A DNA stretch of 64,000 nt. Source: an uncultured bacterium (GTDB lineage: Bacteria > Poribacteria > WGA-4E > WGA-3G). The position numbers and the translations under genes were made by a program. This document shows positions 8,823-19,244 of the stretch, one piece after another. Below the pieces are notes generated by a model. It did no database searches, was not told the DNA's origin, and saw nothing but the letters and a program-made list of their open reading frames with translations. Positions within the stretch are counted from its first letter, which is position 1. The number at the start of each line of letters is the position of its first letter. The stretch spans positions 2,464 to 66,463 of the forward strand of contig CAZGAW010000005.1 of assembly GCA_964523645.1 (NCBI GenBank), given 5' to 3'.

Positions 8823-11807
8823 TCAGGATAGACAAGTATTAATTATCTCTTCAAGTGTTTGCGTTTCCGTCTCTAATTTGAGTCTCTCAACTTTTTCACT
8901 GCCGAGTTCACCCTCTAAATCCTTGATAGCGTTATTCACCGCATTTACATAAAACGGCGTTGTTGTGTCTGTTTCTGCGTAGATTGACGCAACCTTAAGA
9001 AAGAGGCACAAACTGTATTCAAATTCGCCTTCAGCGTAAGCTAACTGTCCGAATTGATAGAGCGAGTCTGCGATCTCACGAGGGTTTCCGTTCTCTTTGC
9101 GGTACTCCAGACTCCCTGTATAGTAGTGCCTTGCTTCCTCGTGTTTACCGTGGCGAAGTGCTACCTTACCCAAACTGTCCATTAGATAAGGAAGCCCCAC
9201 GTTGGAAGTAGAGAGGTCCCGGGCGAGATGTAGACTTTCTGTATAGTAGCGTTGCGCTTCCTCTCGTAGACCTTGCTGGTTCGCGGTTTTCGCGAGATTA
9301 TTGAGAGCATAGGCGATACCCAATTTATCTCCAAGTTCACGAGCGAGGCGTAGGCTTTCAGTATAATGCAGTTTCGCTGCTTCAAAATGGCGACGATGAT
9401 ATGCCGTGATTCCCAGATTGTTTAGCACAGTCGCGGTATGCCATTTATCGCCCGATACCTTCGCTATCTCTAAGGCTTCGGTAAAGTGTATATCTGCCTC
9501 TTTAAGTTTTTTTTCATACCTTGCGATGATGCCGAGACAATTTAACGCTTTGACGATACCCAGCTGCTGCTCTATCGTTCTGAAAACGTGTAAAGCGTTT
9601 TCGCATAATTGCCGAGCAGTTTCACATTCCTGTTGTTCAATATAGAATGTTGCCAGAGCCACCCGAAGTTCCGCTATTGTCAGCTGGACCGACATTTCGT
9701 TCGTTTCAGACGTGTCTTCTAATCCTTGATGTTCGCCGAGTCGCTGGTGCAATTCGGCTTCAGCTTGTTTCAGCCATCCCAATCCTTCAGTCCATAACCC
9801 GTGTACATAGAAAAATTTCGAGAGGGCGACCGCCAGCTGCCCGAATAGGAGCCATTCATTATTCTCCTGCGCAAGGCCAAAAACAGCACGAAAGTTATCG
9901 AGTTCAATCGCCATTTCTGCGCGTGCATCGCTCTGTTCAGGACCCTCTAATTTCCTATCCTGTTCTTGCGCCAATGTAAGATAATAATGTGCATACGCCT
10001 CTCTGAATCCAATGGGGGTTTGCTTCTCTCGAAGATACAGTTGTAGGGGAACAGGGAGTCGGTAGCGGGTTCGCGTCGGAGATTCTTCAGTGATGAGTAA
10101 CGATTTATCGTGTAAATTAAAGATGAGGTCGATTGTTTCTGTATAGGGAGAACCGTGTTCTTCATGAACACAAACTGAACTACAAATAGTTTCTGCAGCT
10201 TCCAAGAAGAACCCTCCTGAAAAAAGCGCGAGTTGGCAAAGCAGACGTTGTTCCTCTGGTTCTAAGAGTTCGTATGACCAATCAATTACGGCGTTCAGGG
10301 TTTGGTGTCTCGCTGGCACGTCTCTGTCTCTTGTTGAAAGGAGTGTAGACGATTTACTTGATGGAGAGGGGTCAAGTAGGACCTTTAAACGATCAAGGAT
10401 GTGTTGTGGGATCATCGCACGGACGCGCGCTGCGGTAAGTTCAATTGCAAGGGAGAGCCCATCAACCATACGACAAATCGCCCCAATCGCCCCAGCGTTG
10501 TCAGTTGTTAATTGGAAATCCGGCGAGACTGTTTCAGCTCGTGCCAAAAAGAGTTGGACGCTTTCAAATTCGCGAAGCGTTTTGAGGTCTACATCTTCAG
10601 ATGGAATAGATAGAGGCGGTACCACGAACCGCTGCTCACCTGCGACCTTTAATAGTTCCCGCGATGTAGTTAAACAACGTAACGTTGGACATCTGAGCAA
10701 CAGGGTCTTGACATCCTCAGTGGCATCCATCAAGTGCTCAAAATTGTCCAGCACCAATAGAAGTGTTTTTCCTAAAAGATATGAAACGACTTGTTCTATG
10801 ACATCTTGTGCCGATTCCAATGGAAGGTCGAGAGCCTTTGCGATCTCTGTAATGACGTGGGCAGGTTGTCTCAAATCAGCTAACGGAATGAACCATACAC
10901 CATCGGGATAAGTGTCCAGAAGCTCTGTTGCAACCTGTAGCGCGAGACGCGTTTTACCGATACCTCCAGGTCCCGTCAGTGTTACCAGTCGTGCCTGTCC
11001 GTCGGTGAAATACGCCACAATACGGCGGACTTCGGTTTCTCTACCGATAAAACTATTCATAGGTGCTGGTAGGTTATTAGGCAAATTGTTGAGGGTTTTT
11101 AGAGGTGGGAACTCGGTTTGTAGTTCAGGAATAAAGGTGCGGTCTGCAGGCGTTCCATGCTGTGATGTGTCTTCTCGTGCTGCCTTGCTGAAGACCTCTT
11201 GCCACCGTTTTTCACCGGTGATTTTTAAAATAGAAACCTGCGGCGCGAGAAATTGAAAAATAGCTTCGGGGTGTTGAATATTTTTCAACCGATGTTCACC
11301 GAGTGACGCAAAGCTGCCAGGTGGAAATTGCGTTTTAACAAGGGAATGCGTCACAGCCGAAAGTAGGATCTGTCCACCGTGTCCTGCATCCGTAATTCGT
11401 TTGGCAAGATTCGCAGGCATCCCGTGATATTCGTCATCTAATAGAATCATATCACCTGTGTGAATACCGATACGAACGCGTAACGTCTCAATGTTTTCAT
11501 GCCACTGATATGCATCGAGGACTAACTGTATCTCAAGCGCACACATAACAGCGGCACTTGCCGCAGGAAAAGTAAAGAAAAAAGCGTCGCCTTCATTCCC
11601 GATCTCTGTGCCACCCCACGCCAAATTTGCTGCCCGCAAAAGCGTGTTATGGGTATTGATAACCTCTGCCATAACCTCATTGCCGTGCGTTTCCCAAAGT
11701 AGTGTTGACCCCTCGATATCCGTAAACATCAAGGTGAGAGTGCCGGTTGACAAATATGGTGGCTGTGGATTGTGTGTTGACACAGAATGATCCTTCTTCA
11801 AATCCAT
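8823..11807 (-). CDS. Class III adenylate/guanylate cyclase domain + STAND (NB-ARC-like) NTPase + TPR signalling protein
   Basis: Cyclase motifs: LTLMFTDIEGSTLLWE and GDAFFFTFP. P-loop: LTGPGGIGKTRLALQVA. Walker B-like: LLLVLDNFEH. The C-terminus carries TPRs. The start is set at MDLKK (the cat at 11805-11807 was checked), which removes the overlap with the upstream gene. Confidence 0.9.
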   Translation of the reverse strand: MDLKKDHSVSTHNPQPPYLSTGTLTLMFTDIEGSTLLWETHGNEVMAEVINTHNTLLRAANLAWGGTEIGNEGDAFFFTFPAASAAVMCALEIQLVLDAYQWHENIETLRVRIGIHTGDMILLDDEYHGMPANLAKRITDAGHGGQILLSAVTHSLVKTQFPPGSFASLGEHRLKNIQHPEAIFQFLAPQVSILKITGEKRWQEVFSKAAREDTSQHGTPADRTFIPELQTEFPPLKTLNNLPNNLPAPMNSFIGRETEVRRIVAYFTDGQARLVTLTGPGGIGKTRLALQVATELLDTYPDGVWFIPLADLRQPAHVITEIAKALDLPLESAQDVIEQVVSYLLGKTLLLVLDNFEHLMDATEDVKTLLLRCPTLRCLTTSRELLKVAGEQRFVVPPLSIPSEDVDLKTLREFESVQLFLARAETVSPDFQLTTDNAGAIGAICRMVDGLSLAIELTAARVRAMIPQHILDRLKVLLDPSPSSKSSTLLSTRDRDVPARHQTLNAVIDWSYELLEPEEQRLLCQLALFSGGFFLEAAETICSSVCVHEEHGSPYTETIDLIFNLHDKSLLITEESPTRTRYRLPVPLQLYLREKQTPIGFREAYAHYYLTLAQEQDRKLEGPEQSDARAEMAIELDNFRAVFGLAQENNEWLLFGQLAVALSKFFYVHGLWTEGLGWLKQAEAELHQRLGEHQGLEDTSETNEMSVQLTIAELRVALATFYIEQQECETARQLCENALHVFRTIEQQLGIVKALNCLGIIARYEKKLKEADIHFTEALEIAKVSGDKWHTATVLNNLGITAYHRRHFEAAKLHYTESLRLARELGDKLGIAYALNNLAKTANQQGLREEAQRYYTESLHLARDLSTSNVGLPYLMDSLGKVALRHGKHEEARHYYTGSLEYRKENGNPREIADSLYQFGQLAYAEGEFEYSLCLFLKVASIYAETDTTTPFYVNAVNNAIKDLEGELGSEKVERLKLETETQTLEEIINTCLS

Positions 11808-11836
11808 TGTTCGAGATTTCCCAAAAACTTCCAGTA

Positions 11837-13033
11837 TTAGCGCATGGCGAGGTTTGTGAGCAGTGCCATGCCGTAAACCAGGCAAGCTTCGTCAATATCG
11901 AACTGTGGGTGGTGGCACATATTCACGATACCTTTCTCCTCATTCCCCGCACCTACCATCACGAAGCATGCCGGGATCTTCTGTGAATAGTATCCGAAAT
12001 CCTCACCACCAAGTATCGGAGGCACCGGGAATATGATGTTATCTTCCCCAACCAATCCCTGCGCGGTAGATACCGCTGTGTTGACACAAGGTTCATGGTT
12101 ATAGGTGACCGGATACCCTTCTTGATAGTCGAATGTATAGGTTGCGTCGTGTGCATCTGCCAATCCCGCGAGAAGGCTCTCTAATTGCCTTCGTACTCGG
12201 GTCTGCACCGATTTTTGGAGTGTACGCACCGTGCCACCTATCAGGACTTTAGGCGGAATGACGTTAAGTGCTGCCCCTGTAAGCCCGTTTTGTAAGTTGG
12301 CATCGCCGCCGTGGAGTTGTGTAACGCTGATTACTGCTGAATCTAAAGGATCAACATTTCTTGCAATAACAGACTGGAGTGCTGTCACAAATTGCGCGCT
12401 AACAACAATTGGATCAACCGTGAGATGCGGAAACGCGGCATGTCCGCCTCTGCCCGTGAGTGTAATTTTAAAAGTATCCGATTGGGCAAGCATTGGACCA
12501 ACGCATGTAGCGTATTCACCAACGGCATAGAGTGGAAAGACGTGTATTCCGTAGATTTCGTCTACATCTTCTAACGCGCCATCTGCGATCATCGCTGGTG
12601 CGCCCCCCGGCGGTGCCTCTTCGCTGGGTTGAAAAATAAATCTGACGTGCGATTTAAGGCTGCTTCGGAGTTCTGAAAGAATTCGAGCTGTACCGATGAG
12701 CATCGCTGTGTGTGCATCGTGTCCACATAGGTGTGCTTTCCCGTCAATTTTGGATTTGAAGGGAACATCGGTAAGTTCTTGAATCGGGAGTGCATCCATA
12801 TCTGCCCGCAATGCAATGCGTTGTGTTGCGCCAGGGACTTCTAAATCTCCAACAACCCCTGTCCTACCGATACCTGTCTTGACCGGAATTCCGAGTGTCT
12901 GCAAGGCATCCGCAGCGATACCAGCAGTGCGGTGTACATCAAACCCCAATTCAGGGTACTGATGAATATCGCGTCGAATGGCAACGATGTCGTTGAAATG
13001 GCGGTGGCACTGTTCAAAAATCAGGTCTTTCAT
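11837..13033 (-). CDS. M20D-family amidohydrolase (N-acyl-amino-acid amidohydrolase / hippuricase-like)
   Basis: 398 aa with IRRDIHQYPELGFDVHRT, ALRADMDALP, HLCGHDAH and FQPSEE, which is the typical M20D layout. Confidence 0.9.
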   Translation of the reverse strand: MKDLIFEQCHRHFNDIVAIRRDIHQYPELGFDVHRTAGIAADALQTLGIPVKTGIGRTGVVGDLEVPGATQRIALRADMDALPIQELTDVPFKSKIDGKAHLCGHDAHTAMLIGTARILSELRSSLKSHVRFIFQPSEEAPPGGAPAMIADGALEDVDEIYGIHVFPLYAVGEYATCVGPMLAQSDTFKITLTGRGGHAAFPHLTVDPIVVSAQFVTALQSVIARNVDPLDSAVISVTQLHGGDANLQNGLTGAALNVIPPKVLIGGTVRTLQKSVQTRVRRQLESLLAGLADAHDATYTFDYQEGYPVTYNHEPCVNTAVSTAQGLVGEDNIIFPVPPILGGEDFGYYSQKIPACFVMVGAGNEEKGIVNMCHHPQFDIDEACLVYGMALLTNLAMR

Positions 13034-13055
13034 CTTTAATTATTTTTCCAAATAT

Positions 13056-13087
13056 GCGTATCGCGACTTCGGAGTCGTTCTTACAAC
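13056..13087. repeat. Degenerate hairpin followed by TTACAA (REP-like, weak)
   Basis: gcgtatcgCGACTtcggAGTCGttcttacaac lies between the vWA gene stop and the amidohydrolase start. Confidence 0.3.
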
Positions 13088-13103
13088 AATGGGCAACGTA
13101 AAA

Positions 13104-14681
13104 TCAGAACGTTAGCGTTCGCCGCAAGATACTTTGATGTCCGTGTTCATTTTCAAGTCGATAAATGATCGTATAAATTCCTGGCATTGTCTGAAAGACT
13201 TCGTGATCCAGTATCGGTCTCAATTCTACCTCTTTTGAACCATCATCTGGGATAATTTTTGTCTCTGTGAAGGGACCATAACATCTTTCACCTAAAGGGT
13301 TAAGGACTTTCCATGTCAAGGCAAGTTGTTTCGGACGCGGGGGATTGTTAATATGGACAGTGATTTTATCGTCCACCTGCCCATCTTCCAGGTTGAGCGT
13401 CCCTAATTTTGAAAACAATTTGACTGTCAAGGTTAACGGCGGTACATACTCCAAGTATCCCCTACCCGGAATCGCCCGCCATGTGCCGCCTGTTGCGAGG
13501 GCAATCTGTCGGATCGGTAAATAATCGATTCCGATGACATCAACACGCACTTGCGCATTTTGTAGCGTTTCAATAACCTCATCTAAACTATAAGGAGACC
13601 TTCCATTGTAGTCAGCATCGTGAAAGGCGCCATCGCTTGCGAGCAGGATGAACCGTTGGGCGTTTTTTCGGAATTTGGTCTCTGTTACTGCCGTCATGAG
13701 TCCGTCTAAACCCGCTTCTGCGATGTCCCCACCGCCGTCAACGCCTATTTTAAAAAGCCAGTTCTTGAAGGTGCCAAGATCGTCCGTACTGCCATATTTT
13801 CTCGTTTTATCTGTGAAAGTCACCAGTCCAAAGGTAGCATCACGCCCTTCCCGTTCAAACGCTTCAAAAAGAAAATCAACATAGGCACGAATGCCTCGGA
13901 TGTTATCTACCATACTTGCTGTTTCATCAAGCACGAAAATAACATCGACTTTTTCCGTTGTGCTCGCCGTTGCAAGCTCACGGGCAATGTCTTTCATCAT
14001 ATAGACAAAAGCACCACCTATATTGCTACTCCCGGAGGTACTACCGCCGCCCCAAGCGTTGCCCATGCCTGTCGCCCGGAGCGCATCTCCGCGTTCACTA
14101 CCGTAGTGAATCTTCGGTGCGTCAACTGTCGGTGAGGCACTCTTTACATTTAAGGTGTCGTCAGTGTCTAAGGCGATAGGGTTGGTTTCCCCTTGCGGTT
14201 GGACATAGTCGGTTTCTGATGTGGAGGGCAATGTGACTTTGGGCTGATTGAGCGAATTTACCGTTAATCGGCTTTTAGGTGCATAATCCGTTGGTTTCCC
14301 TACAACAGGATTCACCTGTGATAAGCCGTCTCCGAGTTGACGCGCACGGCTTGCGTTTTCCTGTTTGCGTGTTTCAAGTTTTGAGACATCTGTTAGGTCT
14401 TCAGTCTCGGTTTGCCAAGCTGCACTCAAACCTGCTTTCGGTTTCGGTGGTGGTTTCGGTTTTTCTTTTTCTACGGCGACGGGTGCAGCAGGCTCGACAA
14501 ATTTCGGTGGTTCAATCGGTTGCGGGGGTCGCTCGACGTGCGTTATTGAGATTTCTAACCCATCATCATGGAACGGTAACACAGGAACTTCCTGCGGAAC
14601 CATCCACCACATTATTAGTAGCAGGGTGACGTGGATGAAGATTGAGTATATTAGATATAGAGGCGTTCTACTATTTTTCAT
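13104..14681 (-). CDS. Membrane-anchored vWA-domain protein with a Pro-rich (TonB-like) linker
   Basis: 525 aa with an N-terminal TM segment (LYLIYSIFIHVTLLLIMWWM) and a Pro/Lys-rich segment (PPQPIEPPKFVEPAAP...KPKPPPKPK). A vWA MIDAS-like motif is present (VDVIFVLDETASM). Confidence 0.85.
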   Translation of the reverse strand: MKNSRTPLYLIYSIFIHVTLLLIMWWMVPQEVPVLPFHDDGLEISITHVERPPQPIEPPKFVEPAAPVAVEKEKPKPPPKPKAGLSAAWQTETEDLTDVSKLETRKQENASRARQLGDGLSQVNPVVGKPTDYAPKSRLTVNSLNQPKVTLPSTSETDYVQPQGETNPIALDTDDTLNVKSASPTVDAPKIHYGSERGDALRATGMGNAWGGGSTSGSSNIGGAFVYMMKDIARELATASTTEKVDVIFVLDETASMVDNIRGIRAYVDFLFEAFEREGRDATFGLVTFTDKTRKYGSTDDLGTFKNWLFKIGVDGGGDIAEAGLDGLMTAVTETKFRKNAQRFILLASDGAFHDADYNGRSPYSLDEVIETLQNAQVRVDVIGIDYLPIRQIALATGGTWRAIPGRGYLEYVPPLTLTVKLFSKLGTLNLEDGQVDDKITVHINNPPRPKQLALTWKVLNPLGERCYGPFTETKIIPDDGSKEVELRPILDHEVFQTMPGIYTIIYRLENEHGHQSILRRTLTF

Positions 14682-14821
14682 TACATCAACCTATGGCTTG
14701 TCTTCATGGAGCCACGTATTTCGGAAAACTAATATAAACACGCTTCTAAAATGCTAAGTACCTCGTCAAGTACCCAATCGGATGCTCTTTCAAGGAACTG
14801 TACCTGACGGCTAACATAATC

Positions 14822-14842
14822 AACAGATTTAATCTGTTCTAC
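14822..14842. repeat. Hairpin followed by CTAC, immediately 3' of the GTPase stop
   Basis: AACAGATttaATCTGTTctac forms a 7-bp stem. On the minus strand it reads GTAG + hairpin. Confidence 0.35.
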
Positions 14843-14847
14843 CATAA

Positions 14848-15801
14848 CTACAGATGGAATTCAACCACATCTCCATCGTAAACGACATCATTACGACTGA
14901 CAGATTGACCATCGTGCCATTCGGGTCCCCATATCCGTGCGAACTTGAATTCAGAAAAATCTTTGTGTAAACCGACGGCAGCGTCAAGCACAGTCGAACC
15001 GGTCGGTAGAACAATCGGATCATCACGTTCTACTGTTTTACCGGGTGCCTTCGGATAGACCCGCAAAATATCTAATTCCGTATAGATCGCTTGCGATAGA
15101 GTGTCTTTGCCAACACCAGTTTCAGCAGAAGTCGGGTAAATTTGAAATGTTTCGTCGTAGAATTCTTTGAGAATTTCCAATCTCTCTTCAGCACCTACCG
15201 CGTCAAGTTGATTGGCAACAAGGAGGTGGCCGTTTTCCGGGGTGTCGCGATCTGCCTCCTCAAGAAACGCTGTTACCATATCAAGATCGTCCAGCAGGTT
15301 ATCACTTGCGAGACTTACAATTGGTAAGGCGAGATCGGCGTTACGGGTAAGCGTCAAAACTGTTGGTGAAATGAAATCCAGCGAAATAGAAGGCGTATCA
15401 ATGAGTTGAAATTGGATATTTTCGTAACGTAGCATCCCAACTGTTGGCAGCGTCGTCGTATAGGGTGTCGGTGAAACCTCTGGTTTAGCGTTCGTAAAAC
15501 TTGCGAGTATTTGAGATTTACCCCCGTTCGGCGGTCCAAGGAGGACTACCTGTCCAGCCCCCTGCTTTGGAATATGTTCACTGTGGGTTCTTTTACTGGA
15601 TCCCTTGCCCCCTTTTTCTGAAGGTCCCTTTTTGTGTCTGGCGATACGGCGACGAATGTCGGAGACCACCTTTTCTGAACCCTTATGTTTCGGAATGATG
15701 CGTAACATCTCCTCTAATAGGCTCAGTCGTTCTTCATCGGTCTTAGCGGCTTCGTGTTGGTGTTTGAGTTTATAGTAGGTCGGCGGTAGATTTGCTGGCA
15801 T
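14848..15801 (-). CDS. OBG/DRG-type GTP-binding protein with a C-terminal TGS domain
   Basis: 317 aa with G1 motif LLGPPNGGKS and G3-like LIDTPS. The TGS-like C-terminus reads LDAAVGLHKDFSEFKFARIWG...GDVVEFH. Confidence 0.88.
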   Translation of the reverse strand: MPANLPPTYYKLKHQHEAAKTDEERLSLLEEMLRIIPKHKGSEKVVSDIRRRIARHKKGPSEKGGKGSSKRTHSEHIPKQGAGQVVLLGPPNGGKSQILASFTNAKPEVSPTPYTTTLPTVGMLRYENIQFQLIDTPSISLDFISPTVLTLTRNADLALPIVSLASDNLLDDLDMVTAFLEEADRDTPENGHLLVANQLDAVGAEERLEILKEFYDETFQIYPTSAETGVGKDTLSQAIYTELDILRVYPKAPGKTVERDDPIVLPTGSTVLDAAVGLHKDFSEFKFARIWGPEWHDGQSVSRNDVVYDGDVVEFHL

Positions 15802-15850
15802 TTTTGTTCACTTCCATCGTCACGTTCACAGGTTCAGGAGGCATTCAATT

Positions 15851-15880
15851 GTCAGTAATCAGCCATCAGTGGTCAGCAGG
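15851..15880. repeat. GTCAG-rich motif, copy 2
   Basis: gtcagtaaTCAGCCATCAGTgGTCAGCAgg lies 50-79 nt upstream of the GTPase ATG. See 6273-6295. Confidence 0.4.
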
Positions 15881-15920
15881 ATCGCGAATGCAGCTCGCTC
15901 CCATAGAAGCACGTCAAGTA

Positions 15921-15949
15921 TTTACAATCGCGGTAGAATCTGTTATAAT
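15921..15949 (+). promoter_or_regulatory. Sigma70-like promoter for the M28 peptidase gene
   Basis: TTTACA, a 17-nt spacer, then TATAAT, sited 41 nt upstream of the 15990 start. Confidence 0.5.
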
Positions 15950-15989
15950 GTGAAGTAATTATTAAATAGGATATACAATTTTCGTTCTT

Positions 15990-17597
15990 ATGTCAAGGCA
16001 ATTAAGGCGAAGTTTACAAGCTGCTATAAAAACACCTTTGGTTTTCCTCCTTGCTGTATTTATTCCGTTTCCTATTATAGCGGAAGAAGCCAATCCGTCC
16101 TTGAATCGTGGTGATGAACTACTCACCTTAGTACAATCCGATGCGCTTGAAGCACAGGTCATCGCATTGCAGGAAAATTTCGCGCCAGGACGCAGTTTAC
16201 AACCTTACCGCACCCGTAACGCGCACCATCGCAAGGCGACGGATAACATTGTGCGTTATATTACGAGTCAATTTCGCCGTTCCCCACGTTTGGAAGTCAG
16301 CGAGCAAGTGTTCGGAGGCATTAGAAACGTAACGGCGGTCCTACCGGCGCGGTCAACGTCGTCAAGCAATCGCATCTTTATCATTTGTGCGCATTATGAT
16401 ACGCAAGCCGTGCGCGAACCGAATTGGAATCCACTAACGTCCACTGCGCCCGGGGCAAATGATAACGGAACAGGCGTTGCTGCGATGCTGGAAATTGCTT
16501 ACCTTTTAAGTCGATACGAATATGACCACGAGTTAAGATTTATCGCGCTAGGAGGCGAGGAACTTGGCTCCCTTGGGAGTCGGCATTATGTTCAAGAGGC
16601 TTCCGCGACACGGACAAGTAGCAAGGCTGCCCCTGTTGCAGAAAGGATCATCGGTGTTTTTAATCTGGATATGTTGGGTTTCAACTGGAAAAGCGATCTC
16701 GTCGAAGTTGTTACCAATAACGATTCCGCTTGGATAAGCCGCGCGCTCATAATTGCGAACACATGGTACAATATCGGTTTGAAAATCCGCCGTACCCAAG
16801 ACGAATTCGTTGATATTTCTTCTCATAAATCTTTCTGGGATGGCGGTTATGATGCTGTTACTTTAACTGAAAGTTCAACGCCGTGGCGCGATTCTCAAAA
16901 CTACGACACCAATCTTTTCTATCATACATCCAACGATACCGTAGACAAAGTTAATTTTAGCTTGGTAAGAAAGGTAACACAACTTGTACTCGTTACAGTG
17001 GATGATCTCCTGACATCTATGTTCCATCCAATGCGACAGAGACCACAGGTAACATTGGAAGTTCCATTGACCACCGAGGCAGATCAATTGGAAATTAAAG
17101 GGACCTTTCAATCAGATTTTCCAATTGATATTATCGTTCATCCGAGCCAAACGGAAGCGGTTCTAGATCGCGAAACACAAACCTACACTGCTACCGTGCC
17201 ATTACATCCTGGGGAGAACACGCTCCGCGCGACGGTGCGATACCCGCTTGGAGCGGTCTCAGTTGCCAAGTCCGTTATTTTAACGCAGGTGTTTGCTTGG
17301 GAAGATGTACTCGTGTTTCCGAACCCAGCACGTTCAGATGGTTTGACGGAATTTCGCGTTGCAGCAAATGTAGATATAACCGAGATGCGGGTAGTTATCT
17401 ATGATTCGGGTGGCAATCTGATAAAGCGGATTGAAGGGGTCGCTGACAGGTTGGATCAACGGATCTGGCGGACGTGGTGGAATCAACAAACATCCTACGG
17501 GTTGGCGGTGTCTCCAGGCATTTATGTCTGTTATATTTCAGTGATTTCAAAAGGTGAGACGTATACGTATCTGGAGAAATTAGCGATTTATCGATAG
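15990..17597 (+). CDS. M28-family aminopeptidase with a C-terminal FlgD/T9SS-like beta-sandwich domain
   Basis: 535 aa with a signal peptide. M28 motifs: CAHYDTQ, PGANDNGTGVAAMLEIA and ALGGEELGSLGS. The C-terminus reads VFPNPARSDG...PGIYVCYISV...EKLAIYR. Confidence 0.9.
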   Translation: MSRQLRRSLQAAIKTPLVFLLAVFIPFPIIAEEANPSLNRGDELLTLVQSDALEAQVIALQENFAPGRSLQPYRTRNAHHRKATDNIVRYITSQFRRSPRLEVSEQVFGGIRNVTAVLPARSTSSSNRIFIICAHYDTQAVREPNWNPLTSTAPGANDNGTGVAAMLEIAYLLSRYEYDHELRFIALGGEELGSLGSRHYVQEASATRTSSKAAPVAERIIGVFNLDMLGFNWKSDLVEVVTNNDSAWISRALIIANTWYNIGLKIRRTQDEFVDISSHKSFWDGGYDAVTLTESSTPWRDSQNYDTNLFYHTSNDTVDKVNFSLVRKVTQLVLVTVDDLLTSMFHPMRQRPQVTLEVPLTTEADQLEIKGTFQSDFPIDIIVHPSQTEAVLDRETQTYTATVPLHPGENTLRATVRYPLGAVSVAKSVILTQVFAWEDVLVFPNPARSDGLTEFRVAANVDITEMRVVIYDSGGNLIKRIEGVADRLDQRIWRTWWNQQTSYGLAVSPGIYVCYISVISKGETYTYLEKLAIYR

Positions 17598-17610
17598 CGT
17601 TAAGTAGGCT

Positions 17611-17640
17611 TTGACAAATTTTGATGGATTGTGCTAAAAT
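17611..17640 (+). promoter_or_regulatory. Sigma70-like promoter for htrA
   Basis: TTGACA, an 18-nt spacer, then TAAAAT. Confidence 0.45.
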
Positions 17641-17776
17641 AAACTACACAGAGATGAAGATAGCGAAGGTTTGGAATGGGCTACCCTCTTAATCGTGGAA
17701 GCATCCACGATGGCATCCTGATGTGCCATTGGCATCACACTGTATGCCGAGAACATTGGCTAAGGGAGACAATTTG

Positions 17777-19123
17777 ATGAGAAAAAGTATAAATTTCTAC
17801 GTTGTCCTGCTATTTATTGTAGTACTGGTTTCTTCTTGCGCCCAATCAATTGACCAGCAGAGCGATTTGGAACTGTTGACTTCTATTGAAAATGCATTTG
17901 TGAATGTCGTGGCTCAAAGTAAGCCTGCTATCGTTGGAATCCGTGTCAACGGTATGGGAGGCTCTCAATCTGAAAATCGTGTTGGTTCAGGGTTTGTTTT
18001 TCGTAAAGACGGTTATATTTTAACAAACCACCACGTTGTTCGCGATGCGAGACGCATTAGAGTAACGTTGTTAGATGGTAGTGGGTTGGACGCAGAACTC
18101 GTCGGTACGGATCAAAACACGGATGTCGCGGTTCTCAAAATTGAACAGGATGCGGCACTTCCTGTGCTTCCATTAGCGGATTCTTCTACAGTTCGGGTCG
18201 GGCAATTTGCCATTGCTATCGGTAATCCCTTTGGACTTGATTACACCGTAACAACGGGTATTGTGAGCGGTAAGGGGCGTTCGATTTTCGGAGGATTTAG
18301 TTTTATTCGATACCAAGACTTTATTCAAACAGATGCTTGGATTAATACCGGTAGCAGTGGAGGTCCCTTGCTGAATATTCACGGCGAGGTAATCGGTATC
18401 AATGCATTAATTCGGCGACTTGATGAAAATGAAAACACACCCGCTCCAGCGATGGCAGGAGCAGGGTTCGCTATTCCGATTAATCTCGTTAAGACCATTG
18501 GAGATCAACTCATTGCAAATGGACGCGTCATCCGAGGTTTCCTTGGAATTGAGATGCGGGAAGCCGAAAGGGGTATCCGTGTCAGACGTGTTGGTGCGGA
18601 TACGCCAGCACATATCGGCGGTTTACAGCGCAACGATATTATTTTTGAATACAATGGCACGCCGGTAAAAAAACTTGTTGACCTCCAATTGCTTGTCGCG
18701 GGCTCACAGGTCGGTGAGCGATCTGTTATTAAGGTCTTAAGACGTGGACATGAGAGAACACTCAATGTGACCATCGGTGAAATGCCACCCGAATTGCTGG
18801 GACAATCTGTTGAAATTAAGTCCGCAGCTTGGGAAATCCTCGGTTTATCGGTTCGGAAGCTAAGATCAGGCGATTTTGAAAGATATACTTACCTAACTGA
18901 TGAAGATCGCGGTGTTATCGTTGACAGAGTTAAGGTGGAAGCCCCCGGATACGAGGCAAAAATTCCACGCGGTGCCCTCATCATCTCAGTCAACGGACAA
19001 AATGTCACCAGCACAGAAGAATTTGAAGCACTCCTCCAAAAGCAACAAGAACTTGAACAACTTATCCTTGATGTTAAAAGTAGCCACGGTACAGAAAAGA
19101 TAACTGTAAAGCTGAAACGTTAG
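17777..19123 (+). CDS. htrA: HtrA/DegP-family serine protease with two PDZ domains
   Basis: Catalytic motifs: TNHHVV, DVAVLKI and NTGSSGGPLLN, followed by two PDZ-like segments. The start is set at MRKSINFY (ATG 17777), which has AAGGGAG 8-9 nt upstream. Confidence 0.93.
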   Translation: MRKSINFYVVLLFIVVLVSSCAQSIDQQSDLELLTSIENAFVNVVAQSKPAIVGIRVNGMGGSQSENRVGSGFVFRKDGYILTNHHVVRDARRIRVTLLDGSGLDAELVGTDQNTDVAVLKIEQDAALPVLPLADSSTVRVGQFAIAIGNPFGLDYTVTTGIVSGKGRSIFGGFSFIRYQDFIQTDAWINTGSSGGPLLNIHGEVIGINALIRRLDENENTPAPAMAGAGFAIPINLVKTIGDQLIANGRVIRGFLGIEMREAERGIRVRRVGADTPAHIGGLQRNDIIFEYNGTPVKKLVDLQLLVAGSQVGERSVIKVLRRGHERTLNVTIGEMPPELLGQSVEIKSAAWEILGLSVRKLRSGDFERYTYLTDEDRGVIVDRVKVEAPGYEAKIPRGALIISVNGQNVTSTEEFEALLQKQQELEQLILDVKSSHGTEKITVKLKR

Positions 19124-19244
19124 CAGCGATTCATCGGAATCAGAAGACAGCGGCACTGACCTTCACCCAAGCGTTCAACTTAACCTCGTTTAATCCACAC
19201 CGAAGCCTGAGCTGTGCTTATCTCTACGCTATGAGAAACAAAAT

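Noticed and set aside
11808-11885. The N-terminal extension of the cyclase-STAND ORF (MPGLRHG...), plus the 11677..11895 and 11747..11986 ORFs
   Set aside because: The extension overlaps the 3' end of the amidohydrolase gene. The internal Met at 11807 gives a clean non-overlapping start. The other two are shadows.
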